A DNA stretch of 62,470 nt from an uncultured Thermoprotei archaeon (GTDB taxonomy: Archaea > Thermoproteota > Thermoprotei > Thermofilales > B15-G2). This document shows, piece by piece, positions 1 through 9,089 of the stretch. The position numbers and the translations under genes were made by a program. Location of the stretch: NCBI GenBank assembly GCA_965367815.1, contig CBDUKN010000018.1, positions 1-62,470 of the forward strand, in the 5' to 3' direction. Position 1 is the stretch's first letter. Each line of letters opens with the position of its first letter. Under the pieces are notes generated by a model. It made no database searches and had not been told where the DNA came from. It saw only the letters and a program-made list of their open reading frames with translations.

Positions 1-2
1 TT

Positions 3-68
3 CAAGCAGAAGACGGCATACGAGATGTAGAGAGGTCTCGTGGGCTCGGAGATGTGTATAAGAGACAG
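3..68 (+). other. Illumina Nextera i7 adapter (artifact)
   Basis: CAAGCAGAAGACGGCATACGAGAT + index GTAGAGAG + GTCTCGTGGGCTCGG + mosaic end AGATGTGTATAAGAGACAG. Confidence 0.99.
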
Positions 69-303
69 GTATAATTGCGGTGTATTAGCAGGACTTGAAG
101 TGGCTACGGCAGTGTGGTACTGGGCTTTAAGTGAATTTAAGAACTTTCTAAGAGAGGAAAATAAAAAGAAACTCGAAAAAGTAATAGAAATTATTGATAA
201 ATATATAGATATAGTTAGAAACGAGAAAATAGCATTGCTAGAAGAAGTAGAAAGAGGAGCTATAGATAGAGTAGCACTAATTAATGAAATTAAAAAACTT
301 TAA
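69..303 (+). CDS. Hypothetical protein of the integrated element, 5'-truncated
   Basis: ORF 40..303; the N-terminal MGSEMCIRDR is translated adapter; the remainder is helical and charged. Confidence 0.55.
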
Positions 304-701
304 AATATTTTTTACCTAATAACATTCTCAAATATCTGAGAAGTGGAGTAGTTTTTAGCTGTTTATCATTAAAATAACAGTTTAACAATAAGCGGAGGAG
401 GGAAATATAATATAGTTATTTGTTTGAAAGCTTATCGTTAATTTACTGTTAAACATTATTTTGTAGGGAAAATTTATAATAAAAGCAGAGGGAAGTGAGG
501 AAACTAAAGAAAAGTTCACAGTTAATATATATCTATAGTTAATGATAGTTACTTTAGAAAGCTATAGAAATGCTATTAACAGTTAAACCTAACTGTAAAC
601 GTATAATGAGAATTAGGTAATATAGAATTTAACTAGAAACATAAAGATAACTTTAAAAGTTTACTAATATATAGAATAATATGGTAATTATTAAATAATT
701 T

Positions 702-1520
702 TTAGTAAGATTTTAAATATTTATCTATTTTTTCGAAATAATCTTTCAAACTCTTTTCTCTTAGTTCTTCTATTATTTTCATTTTTGTTTTATAAGCTTC
801 ATCTAGTTCATTTTTAATTTTCTCATTTACTTCTATTACACCATCCTCCGTTATAATCACAATATCGGTCTGCTTACCTACGCCAGGGGCAAATTCTGCA
901 TATTTTTTGGCTTCATACACCACGTAAAGTGCCTGTGGAATAGGAAGACTCACCGAATAATAGTTTTCAATAAAGCTTCTTATAGCATGATATTCGCCAG
1001 ACCCTATTGCTGTATAGCCTATATCATCAAATGAATTAGAGTATCCGGGATTATCAATAACATAAATATGAGCCCCGCTTTCATCTACGCCAGCAATTAT
1101 TGCCTCAAGCTCTATTCTAAAGTTTTCCACCTGACTTATTATACGATAATAGAGGTCAGTTATCTCTCCTGACTTAACTATATCTCTGTATTCACTCCAA
1201 GTAATGCCGTAAGCGCTAAGGACTCTTCCTTCAATTCCTTTCACTCTAAGTCTTCTATAAGCTCTTTCAGCTGCGTAGGCTATTTCTCTAATATTTAATT
1301 TTTCTATTTTTGCCATTTCCTCTTTTATTAAGTTAATAAATTCTGAAGGAAGTAAAGCCGAACCAGCCGTAGCAATGACGGCTCTCCTTGCCAATATTTG
1401 TAATTTTGATCTAGGATGTTCAAATTGGTGGTATGGTGGTGCTGAATATGTTATCATTTTGTCACTAGCTGCTATTACAGCTTTTCCATTTTCACACATA
1501 GCTGCAATACATATGGTCAT
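702..1520 (-). CDS. Proteasome-beta/HslV-like Ntn hydrolase without propeptide
   Basis: Starts M-T (Thr1 after Met removal); AASDK, SKL, AIGSG and GVG motifs of the proteasome-beta fold; SD GAGGTGA upstream. Confidence 0.8.
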   Translation of the reverse strand: MTICIAAMCENGKAVIAASDKMITYSAPPYHQFEHPRSKLQILARRAVIATAGSALLPSEFINLIKEEMAKIEKLNIREIAYAAERAYRRLRVKGIEGRVLSAYGITWSEYRDIVKSGEITDLYYRIISQVENFRIELEAIIAGVDESGAHIYVIDNPGYSNSFDDIGYTAIGSGEYHAIRSFIENYYSVSLPIPQALYVVYEAKKYAEFAPGVGKQTDIVIITEDGVIEVNEKIKNELDEAYKTKMKIIEELREKSLKDYFEKIDKYLKSY

Positions 1521-1687
1521 TTTTTCACCTCTCTAAAGGTTTTTAGTTTGAAATCCACCATACTTCTTTTTACTTTCCATTTGAACTCCATAGCTAACGC
1601 ATCTATTCTGCTTTGAGCTAAATATATTCTACGGTGATTCCTTTCATTTAACTTGGATTTACTAATTAAGTAAACTCTCATTTTCAT
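1517..1687 (-). CDS. Small basic protein, 56 aa (absent from the ORF track)
   Basis: MKMRVYLISKSKLNERNHRRIYLAQSRIDALAMEFKWKVKRSMVDFKLKTFREVKK; ATGA overlap with the Ntn hydrolase start; TTTATATA box ~27 nt upstream. Confidence 0.6.
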   Translation of the reverse strand: MKMRVYLISKSKLNERNHRRIYLAQSRIDALAMEFKWKVKRSMVDFKLKTFREVKK

Positions 1688-1858
1688 CCTAGTAATATAG
1701 GTAGTACGATAGGTATATAAATAGTGTCTATGAAGACGTTTTCATAAATAACCTATCACTTCTAATGTTCCGGAAAGTGCAGTTTTCGGAAATGTATCCA
1801 CGTAGGCAGTGATAGGCTTAAATAGCCGTTTTCTGCAGATTTTCGCAGAAGTGGGAAT

Positions 1859-2431
1859 ATGTCTCCTGCAATTAAAGTGAATCTGAGGGAGGTTCCCTAT
1901 TTTGAAGATATTTATAATGCTCTTCTGAAGACTAGAAGGCTAGTTGATAGAGAGAAGTATAGACTTAGAGACTTTGTTATTATTTCGACTTTAGCTTTAA
2001 CAGGAATGAGAATTGGTGAGCTTCTTGGTCTCAGGAAAGAAGATGTTGATTTAGAGAGACATGTTATAGTTATAAAGCAGCTTAAAAAGAGGAAGGAGAA
2101 ATATAGAGTAATTCCAGTTCCTGTTGACTGGTACTGGTTCTATATGGGCCGCTACTATGCTCTAGTAAAAAGTGACAGACTTTTCGATTTAAGTGCAAGA
2201 TATGTAAGAGAAATAATCTACAAATGGTCTGAAAGATTCTTAGGCAGAAGAATGAGACCCCATTTCTTTAGACATGCTTATGCACTGTACTTCCTACGAA
2301 AATCAAAAGACCTGGAGGCCTTAAGAAGGCTGCTGGGGCACTCAGATTACAGAGTTCTTAAAGAATACCTTGATTATACTCAAGAAGACTTAGAAGAAGT
2401 TCTTGAAAAGATACTTAACTTAAAGTGGTAA
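1859..2431 (+). CDS. Tyrosine recombinase/integrase (catalytic domain only)
   Basis: TGMRIGEL, HFFRH, LLGH and Tyr in EYLDY give the R-H-R-H-Y catalytic set; lies next to the att site. Confidence 0.93.
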   Translation: MSPAIKVNLREVPYFEDIYNALLKTRRLVDREKYRLRDFVIISTLALTGMRIGELLGLRKEDVDLERHVIVIKQLKKRKEKYRVIPVPVDWYWFYMGRYYALVKSDRLFDLSARYVREIIYKWSERFLGRRMRPHFFRHAYALYFLRKSKDLEALRRLLGHSDYRVLKEYLDYTQEDLEEVLEKILNLKW

Positions 2432-2598
2432 ATATACGCTGATTAACTGAAATAAAATCTAATTAATATCCTATAATAGTATTTATAGTAGCTTTTCCAT
2501 TGCCTTCACTATTTAAGCCATTAGAATTACAATTATTCTTTTAGTATTCGATTGTCTTAGTTAAGTTGTGATGGGCAATGTATTTTTCATTATTAAGA

Positions 2599-2644
2599 GG
2601 ACTCATAATCCGGTTTTCCGGGGTTCGAGTCCCCGCCCCGGCAC
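2599..2644 (+). repeat. att site: 3' half of tRNA-Met(CAT)
   Basis: GGA-CTCATAA-TCCGG anticodon arm remnant, T arm CGGGG-TTCGAGT-CCCCG, acceptor 3' strand CCCCGGCA; no D arm or 5' acceptor strand upstream. Confidence 0.85.
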
Positions 2645-3278
2645 TTTTAAGAAAAAGAGAATTCTCCTAGAGTGGGACTACCATAGGTTGCCTGTTCATG
2701 TTTTAATTGGCAACTACATTCTTAAGTGAAAGAGCAAATAGAGTGTATAAGATAATAGAAAAATACTTTGGCTGAGGTCTAGGTGGCCTGTCATCATGTC
2801 TTAGTAGATAGTGCTGGTTTTCGAATTAAGTGAGAATCTGAGGGAAGTAATTTATAATCAGATATGTCTGTACATGTCATTGCTCTTTATATACGAAGAT
2901 ACTTAGCCTAGAGTTGTAGCTAGTACATATTAATTGAAGCAAGGTTTAGCTAATATTTTCGTAATAATGTTTACAGTAACTTTAAATCGAATTAACTATT
3001 TAAGTCGTTGAAAATATGATTCTTTTTCTAAGTATTCGGCTCTAATTAAGTAGTAAATATGCTCTTATTATTAAGAAGACTTATGAATTCTTTTTGAGAT
3101 TTAGATTTATATTTTAATATTCATTAAAAAATATCTATATGCTTAATGTATTATTATTATTTAATTGTCTAGATGTAAAGAATTACTTATTATTAGTATG
3201 TTATATAGAATCGATGATATTTAATAATTAAACTGCTATATTAATCAGCAAGTAACTAAAAATGATGTATATTTATGT

Positions 3279-4181
3279 TCATATAATATCGCTTATACTA
3301 CTTATAGTTTTCATACATTTATAGATATAGTCATCGATTGCCGTGTACTTTGTATGGTCGTAATTGCTTAACATAATATACAGGGGTTTAGCAAGTATTA
3401 AGTTTCGGCTATCCCAGTAGTCATAGTAGATTTCTTTTATGTTATGTGGGAGGTCTATTAAATAGGGAATTTTTTCGGAAATGTATAATGTAAGTGCTTC
3501 TACAAGATTTTCTTCAAAATAGAGCTGGGAATTTGGATAGCCTGATGGGAAAGATATGTTAGAGTGTTTTAAAAGATAATTTACTTTCTTGTATAATGCA
3601 GGATTTCGCGTATACCATGCAGGATTTTGTAGCACAGGATGTAGTAACTCATGTATTATGGTCATGATATATTTCCAGCTAGTGCATCGAGGGTGAATTA
3701 CTAGCAATATTTTATAGGTGAAAGTGAATCCATAGTCATTCGGACTTACACTAAAAGAGATATTTACATGTATTGTTTCTCTAGGTATTTTTCTCCTAGT
3801 TATTTTCTCTATGGTATTTAATACTTTAATCCAGTTTGTTACCAGATATAGTCTACAGATTTCGTTTTCTAAAAATACTTTATTTTTAAACCAGTATCTT
3901 TTAAAGTCTTCCTCTACTTTTGCATTATTTAGAATTATTTCAAACGATGATAATGCTTCTCTTATAGCAGGTCTTTTATACTTGTTCTTTACTTGACGTA
4001 TTTTTTCTTTAAGGGGCAATGAATCTGGTAATAAAATATTTCCTAAGTTCCATCCAGATACTTTTCTTATAGTTGAAATAAATGTGGCTAACTTAGGATA
4101 CTTTTCTATACTAAGATTGTATATGTAGTATAATTTCTCGGTTTTATTAGAATATGAAAAGATAATTTTTCTTCTGCTCAC
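3279..4181 (-). CDS. Putative zincin-like metalloprotein, hypothetical
   Basis: HELLH (HExxH) plus downstream EENLVE; AT-rich. Confidence 0.6.
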   Translation of the reverse strand: MSRRKIIFSYSNKTEKLYYIYNLSIEKYPKLATFISTIRKVSGWNLGNILLPDSLPLKEKIRQVKNKYKRPAIREALSSFEIILNNAKVEEDFKRYWFKNKVFLENEICRLYLVTNWIKVLNTIEKITRRKIPRETIHVNISFSVSPNDYGFTFTYKILLVIHPRCTSWKYIMTIIHELLHPVLQNPAWYTRNPALYKKVNYLLKHSNISFPSGYPNSQLYFEENLVEALTLYISEKIPYLIDLPHNIKEIYYDYWDSRNLILAKPLYIMLSNYDHTKYTAIDDYIYKCMKTISSISDII

Positions 4182-4641
4182 TATTTACAGTGATTTATTT
4201 AGTATATAATAAAGATTTTCTAATTAAGCTAAGACAAAAGTCGGAGTGAGTGGTTTTCAGAGAGACAGGGTGTACGGAGTTTCCGTTACTTTTACAGGTG
4301 ATAAGAATTCATTTTCAAGATAATAGCAAACCATGAAGAATGCTTGAGTTTCCAAAGAGTGTCTTAACCTAAGAGATATTAGAGGTTTTCTTCTAACTGT
4401 CTCAGGGAAAACATTTAGAGCTCAATAGAATACCCCACCTCTAGCCGGGAAGACAGACGAAGTATTAAGTAAACAATACTTCAACGTATGCTTAGTTAAG
4501 AAACAGAAAATAGAAAATAACTATTTCTTACTTTAAAAAGTAATGCTCCTAACAAGCTTTGTGGGAGTAAATTCCAAAGAGTAATTTACCTTACCTCTCA
4601 GGCGTAATAAAGTGCTAAATGACTCTGGATCAGAAAAGAGC

Positions 4642-5214
4642 CTAAAGTTCAAAGTCCAGAAATGGTTTTTTGGCATAGAGTTCATATTTTCTTTTTTCTC
4701 GTTTAATGTATTTGTAAACTGTTGCATGCATTCTTCCTTCTATTAACATCTCAATAGCTTCTCTTGCTAGTTTTACTTGTTCATAAGTTCCTATTATGGC
4801 GACGTATCTGTCGTGAACAGATATATATGCTTCTGTTAGTTCTTCTAGGCTTTTTCTTGCTCTACCGTTTTCTCCTATTATTCTAGCTTTTATTCTTTTT
4901 AGATCACTTTTACTTTTTGCTTTTTCTTTTAGGTCGATGACATCTAGCATATAGTTTTCATCTAGAAGCAGGAATGCTTTTTCTGGGTTAAATCCATAGC
5001 CTATTGCTTGGATTATGTTCCTAAGTTTCATTAATTCTAATGGTGGTACAGTTTCATCAGCATATACTGTGACTTCGCCTCTGCGGTTGTCTATTTTGAG
5101 CTTTACTTTGAAAGTTTCCTCTATTTTCTTTTTTATTTCTCCTCGTGTGCCTATAAGTACGCCTATTCTGCTCGGATCTATGTTAACTATCATTACTGCT
5201 TTCTTTTTTTCCAC
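4642..5214 (-). CDS. KH-domain RNA-processing protein (Dim2/Pno1/KRR1 family)
   Basis: Two KH GxxG loops (IGTRG, IIGENG), GFNPEKA, GRMHATVY. Confidence 0.92.
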   Translation of the reverse strand: MEKKKAVMIVNIDPSRIGVLIGTRGEIKKKIEETFKVKLKIDNRRGEVTVYADETVPPLELMKLRNIIQAIGYGFNPEKAFLLLDENYMLDVIDLKEKAKSKSDLKRIKARIIGENGRARKSLEELTEAYISVHDRYVAIIGTYEQVKLAREAIEMLIEGRMHATVYKYIKREKRKYELYAKKPFLDFEL

Positions 5215-5284
5215 AACAGAAAGTATTTTAGGGAAGGTATTAAGTCTTTTGACAGTGTAATGGATAAATATTTAAGTATAGTAG

Positions 5285-6037
5285 ATGTCTACAATGTCTC
5301 TTAGAGATTACTGGGTGAAGACTGTAAGAGAAAAGATAATGGAGAAAAAAAGCCGAATTGTTTTAGCTTTAGATAAAATTCCTTTCGTAGAAGGGTTTGA
5401 TGAAGAAAAACTTTACAGTAAGTGTGTAGATCTACTTAAAGCCGTCGAACCTTTTATTGTAGGAGTAAAGGTAGGTTTGCCGCTTGTAGTAAATTATGGT
5501 TTTAGTCTGATTGAAAAAATTGTGCAGAAATATAGGAAAAGGCTAATTTTCATTTACGATGGAAAAGTGGCTGACGTAGCTCATGTAAATGAGGTAGTCG
5601 CGAAAAGGGTGTATGAGGTGGGATTTGACTTAATTATAGTTCACGGTATGGTAGGCTATGAGGGGGGCGTGGAGGGAGTAGTTAATGTTGCTAGGTCCAT
5701 AGGGAAAGGAATTTTAGTTCTGGCTGCTATGAGTCATAGAGGTGCTATAAGACTAAATAGTTTAACCATGGATATTTTAACTGAGTTTTGTGATGTTGAG
5801 GGAGTTGTAGGCTATGTTCTTCCGGCTACATATCCCTCTTTAATAAAAATTGCTAGAGAGTTCTTAGGGAAGGATTATTTAATACTATCTCCGGGAGTCG
5901 GGGCCCAGGGTGCATTTTTCGGAACAGCAGTGATGTTTGGGGCGGACTTAGAAATTATAGGTAGGTCAATTTATGAAAGTAGTGTACCTAGAGAAGAAGT
6001 TATTAAGCTCTCCAAGATATACTCTAGGCTATGTTAA
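5285..6037 (+). CDS. pyrF: Orotidine-5'-phosphate decarboxylase
   Basis: LALD, VKVG, DGKVADV, SPGVGAQG, IIGRSIY. Confidence 0.93.
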   Translation: MSTMSLRDYWVKTVREKIMEKKSRIVLALDKIPFVEGFDEEKLYSKCVDLLKAVEPFIVGVKVGLPLVVNYGFSLIEKIVQKYRKRLIFIYDGKVADVAHVNEVVAKRVYEVGFDLIIVHGMVGYEGGVEGVVNVARSIGKGILVLAAMSHRGAIRLNSLTMDILTEFCDVEGVVGYVLPATYPSLIKIAREFLGKDYLILSPGVGAQGAFFGTAVMFGADLEIIGRSIYESSVPREEVIKLSKIYSRLC

Positions 6038-6639
6038 TGCAGAAAGTAGAACTTGCTAAAGAGTTATTCTTTAACAAATGTGTATCTTTTGGAAGATTTA
6101 TACTATCTTCAGGGGTTGAAAGCTTGTTTTACATAGATTTAAGGATCGTTCCTTCTATACCAGGACTTTTTAATAAAGTCGTTAATGCTTATACAGAGTA
6201 TATTGTTCAAAGAGGTATTGAATTCAATAAGATATGTGGAATAGCTACTGCAGGATTGCCTCTTGCTAGTGTTGTGGCCTTTAAGTTAGGTAAGCCGTTT
6301 ATATATGTTAGAAAGAAAACAAAAGAATATGGTAAGAAAAAAAGAATAGAAGGTCTTATAGGAAAAGGAGATATTGTATTAGTGATAGATGATGTAGCTA
6401 CAACCGGTAAAAGCATATACAGTGCTGTATGTAGTCTCCGTGAAGAAGGATGTATAGTTAATGATGCTCTCGTTCTAGTCGATCGTGAACAGGGAGCAAA
6501 AGAATTACTTAAAAGTATCAGTGTTTCTCTTCACTCTATTTTCACTGCACGTGAGCTCTTTACTATATTTTATAATGAGAAAATGATATCTAAGGAACAG
6601 TATCTCTCTGCTATCCGTGAAATAGAAGCGAAATTATAG
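6031..6639 (+). CDS. pyrE: Orotate phosphoribosyltransferase
   Basis: LSSG..S.FYIDLR, RKK.KEYG, VIDDVATTG PRPP motif. Confidence 0.95.
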   Translation: MLMQKVELAKELFFNKCVSFGRFILSSGVESLFYIDLRIVPSIPGLFNKVVNAYTEYIVQRGIEFNKICGIATAGLPLASVVAFKLGKPFIYVRKKTKEYGKKKRIEGLIGKGDIVLVIDDVATTGKSIYSAVCSLREEGCIVNDALVLVDREQGAKELLKSISVSLHSIFTARELFTIFYNEKMISKEQYLSAIREIEAKL

Positions 6640-6693
6640 AATATTTTGAGACACTTATATACTGTATGGAAAAGTAATAGAAAAATTTAATTT

Positions 6694-7425
6694 ATGTTTA
6701 AAATATTGAGAAATGTGATAGTTGCTTTCACTTCAGGAAGTAAAGGTGGGACAGGTAAGTCTACTCTCTCAGTGCTGACTACAATACTGTTGTCGGCGGT
6801 ACTTGATGGTAAAAAGATTTTATTAATAGACTTTGGCGAACATGGCAATAGTACCCGAATGATACTTAAACATCCAGAGCCTCCTTTTTTAACAGACTTT
6901 CTTAAAGGAAATATTAAAGCTATTGGGCGCTATAGACTGAAGATAGGAAGAATCGAGTCTAAGTTCTTCATGATACCTAACTTAGGTAAAATACAGAAGC
7001 TCTCTAACATAGAGATCATGTTAAAGAAAATAAGTAGAATATTTGATTACATAATATGTGATCTTCCCGCTTATCAGAACTCTCTTTATGATTGTGTAAT
7101 AGATCTCTCTGATATGGTTATTCTGGTTACTTTACCGAACTTAGTGTCTATTGAAGCTATAAAAAGGGCCTACACAGGAAAAGCAAAGAGAGTCGTTGTT
7201 TTGAATAAATACTTTAAGTCGGCTTTTCAATTTAAAATAGAATTAGAAAAATATTTTGACGAAATAGTATTGACAATACCATTTGATCCTTATGTCAGTA
7301 TAATGAATGCAAATACACTGCCAATAGTATTGAAAAAGCTATCAAAGAATTTTCAGAAACATATTGCTGATTTATGTTATGTAATATCTTCTTATGCAAT
7401 GCTAAAAGAAGCGAAAATAGCTTAA
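6694..7425 (+). CDS. ParA/MinD-family ATPase
   Basis: Deviant Walker A KGGTGKST, LLIDF, IICDLP, VLNK, IPFD. Confidence 0.85.
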   Translation: MFKILRNVIVAFTSGSKGGTGKSTLSVLTTILLSAVLDGKKILLIDFGEHGNSTRMILKHPEPPFLTDFLKGNIKAIGRYRLKIGRIESKFFMIPNLGKIQKLSNIEIMLKKISRIFDYIICDLPAYQNSLYDCVIDLSDMVILVTLPNLVSIEAIKRAYTGKAKRVVVLNKYFKSAFQFKIELEKYFDEIVLTIPFDPYVSIMNANTLPIVLKKLSKNFQKHIADLCYVISSYAMLKEAKIA

Positions 7426-7427
7426 GG

Positions 7428-7661
7428 TCATTCTGAAATAAGACGTTTTAGTCTGGGGTCGTGTGTTACAGCGTGATAAATGGCATCTATAGGTGATGAA
7501 ATTCTGGCACCACATTCCTTACATTTCCAGTGTATAGTTCCAGCTTCTAAAACAACTTCATAGAAATGCCTAATGTCACTGTGTAGCTTATTTAGGAAAG
7601 CTTCTTGGGTTTTCTCGTCTAGTTTCTTTTCTTCTTCTAAAGAGAACTTTCTATACATCAT
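7428..7661 (-). CDS. Small C2H2 zinc-finger protein
   Basis: CKEC...HAVTH spacing. Confidence 0.65.
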   Translation of the reverse strand: MMYRKFSLEEEKKLDEKTQEAFLNKLHSDIRHFYEVVLEAGTIHWKCKECGARISSPIDAIYHAVTHDPRLKRLISE

Positions 7662-7709
7662 GAAATAGAAATAAATAGAGAAATAAATTGCTTTAGATTA
7701 AGTGGGCGA

Positions 7710-9074
7710 ATGGAATATGACTTAATAGTAGTGGGCAGAGCTTTCATTAAAGATAAGCTAGTAAAATGTGCAATATGGTCGTCACAAGGAATTATAGTAA
7801 AAATATCTTCTATTTCCAAAGTGCCAAAAACCGAGAATAACAAATTGGTTTTTGAAGATAAGTTCGTTATTCTGCCTGGCATGGTAGATATGCATGTACA
7901 CCTAAGAGACTTAAAATTAAGTTATAAAGAAGACTTTTACACAGGAACCTGCGCTGCTGCAGCAGGAGGAGTTACCGTAATATGTGATATGCCAAATACA
8001 GTTCCTTTTACAAATACGTATAAGGCACTGGAAGAAAAAATAAACGCTGCTAAAAAATCAATAGTAGACTACTGCCTATACTTTGGTTTTCCCAATAAAA
8101 TAGATGAATTAAAGAAATCGCTAAATAAAATAATTGGAGTAAAAATATATCCAGAAGATTACAATAAACCTACCTTTAAAGACTATCTTTATTATATAAT
8201 TAAAAATAATATATTACTAATAGCACATGCAGAAATAGACGAGTATATAAAATCATTGCGAGAAATATTTAAAAATAACCTAAGGGAAATGATAGTGCAT
8301 AATATAATAAGAAATAAATTAGTTGAATATAATTGTATAAACAGGTTAGTTAAAATCATAAGTGATATGAAAAACAATAATGTAAGATTTCACTTTACTC
8401 ATGTTACTTCAAAAGAATCCGTAATATTGATAAGAAAAATAAAAGAAAAATATAGAGGAGTAACATTCGATACATGTCCACATTATATATTTCTTTCAAA
8501 TAAAATACTAAGAAAATTAAAGGGATTTGCAAAAGTTAACCCTCCACTAAGATCCGAAGAAGATAGAATATATTTACTGAAAACTCTTTCAAGCGGAGAA
8601 GTAGACGCAATCACATCAGACCATGCTCCTCATACGCTCGAGGAAAAAATGCGTGAAAAGTATGATGAAGTGCCTTCAGGTTTTCCCGGGCTTGAAACTA
8701 CTTTACCTCTCTTACTTACGTTAGTAGATAGAAATATTCTTACGTTAAAGGATGTTGTTAAGCTTTATGCAAAAAATCCGGCAAAAATAATAGGAATAGA
8801 TTCTGTTTACGGAGACATTGATATAGGAAAATACTGTAGCTTAACAGTAGCTGATTTGAAAGAGAAATATAAAATAAATTCCGAAAAGTTTTATTCTAAA
8901 GCAAAATTTTCGCCATTTAATGGAATGGAAGTAGTAGGTAAAGTGAGGACAACTATAGTTAGGGGAAAAGTAGTTTATGACTCTGGAGAAATAATTGTCG
9001 AGAAAGGTTATGGAAAGAATGTTTTAGAGCTAGTAGATTACTCAAAAATAAGTAGAAACATATATTTTGAGTAG
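7710..9074 (+). CDS. pyrC: Dihydroorotase
   Basis: DMHVHLR, DMPNT, KVNPPLR, SDHAPH. Confidence 0.93.
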   Translation: MEYDLIVVGRAFIKDKLVKCAIWSSQGIIVKISSISKVPKTENNKLVFEDKFVILPGMVDMHVHLRDLKLSYKEDFYTGTCAAAAGGVTVICDMPNTVPFTNTYKALEEKINAAKKSIVDYCLYFGFPNKIDELKKSLNKIIGVKIYPEDYNKPTFKDYLYYIIKNNILLIAHAEIDEYIKSLREIFKNNLREMIVHNIIRNKLVEYNCINRLVKIISDMKNNNVRFHFTHVTSKESVILIRKIKEKYRGVTFDTCPHYIFLSNKILRKLKGFAKVNPPLRSEEDRIYLLKTLSSGEVDAITSDHAPHTLEEKMREKYDEVPSGFPGLETTLPLLLTLVDRNILTLKDVVKLYAKNPAKIIGIDSVYGDIDIGKYCSLTVADLKEKYKINSEKFYSKAKFSPFNGMEVVGKVRTTIVRGKVVYDSGEIIVEKGYGKNVLELVDYSKISRNIYFE

Positions 9075-9089
9075 ATATATACCTTACTT

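Larger units (their letters stand above)
69..2644. mobile_element. Right end of a tRNA-Met-targeting integrated element (provirus or plasmid), truncated by the contig start
   Basis: Tyrosine integrase next to a tRNA 3'-half att site; AT-rich; non-housekeeping cargo. Confidence 0.8.

Noticed and set aside
3-68. 66-bp terminal inverted repeat suggesting a linear replicon or transposon
   Set aside because: It is the Nextera adapter with the Tn5 mosaic end
702-1520. Housekeeping proteasome beta subunit
   Set aside because: No propeptide, divergent sequence, located inside an integrated element
2599-2644. Functional or split tRNA half
   Set aside because: No 5' half and no GC-rich leader for trans-splicing; the adjacent integrase explains it as att
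2770-2800. ATGATGA on the minus strand as a C box
   Set aside because: No D box at a suitable distance
4261-4268. Internal AGAGACAG resembling the mosaic end (possible chimera)
   Set aside because: Only 8 nt match; expected by chance
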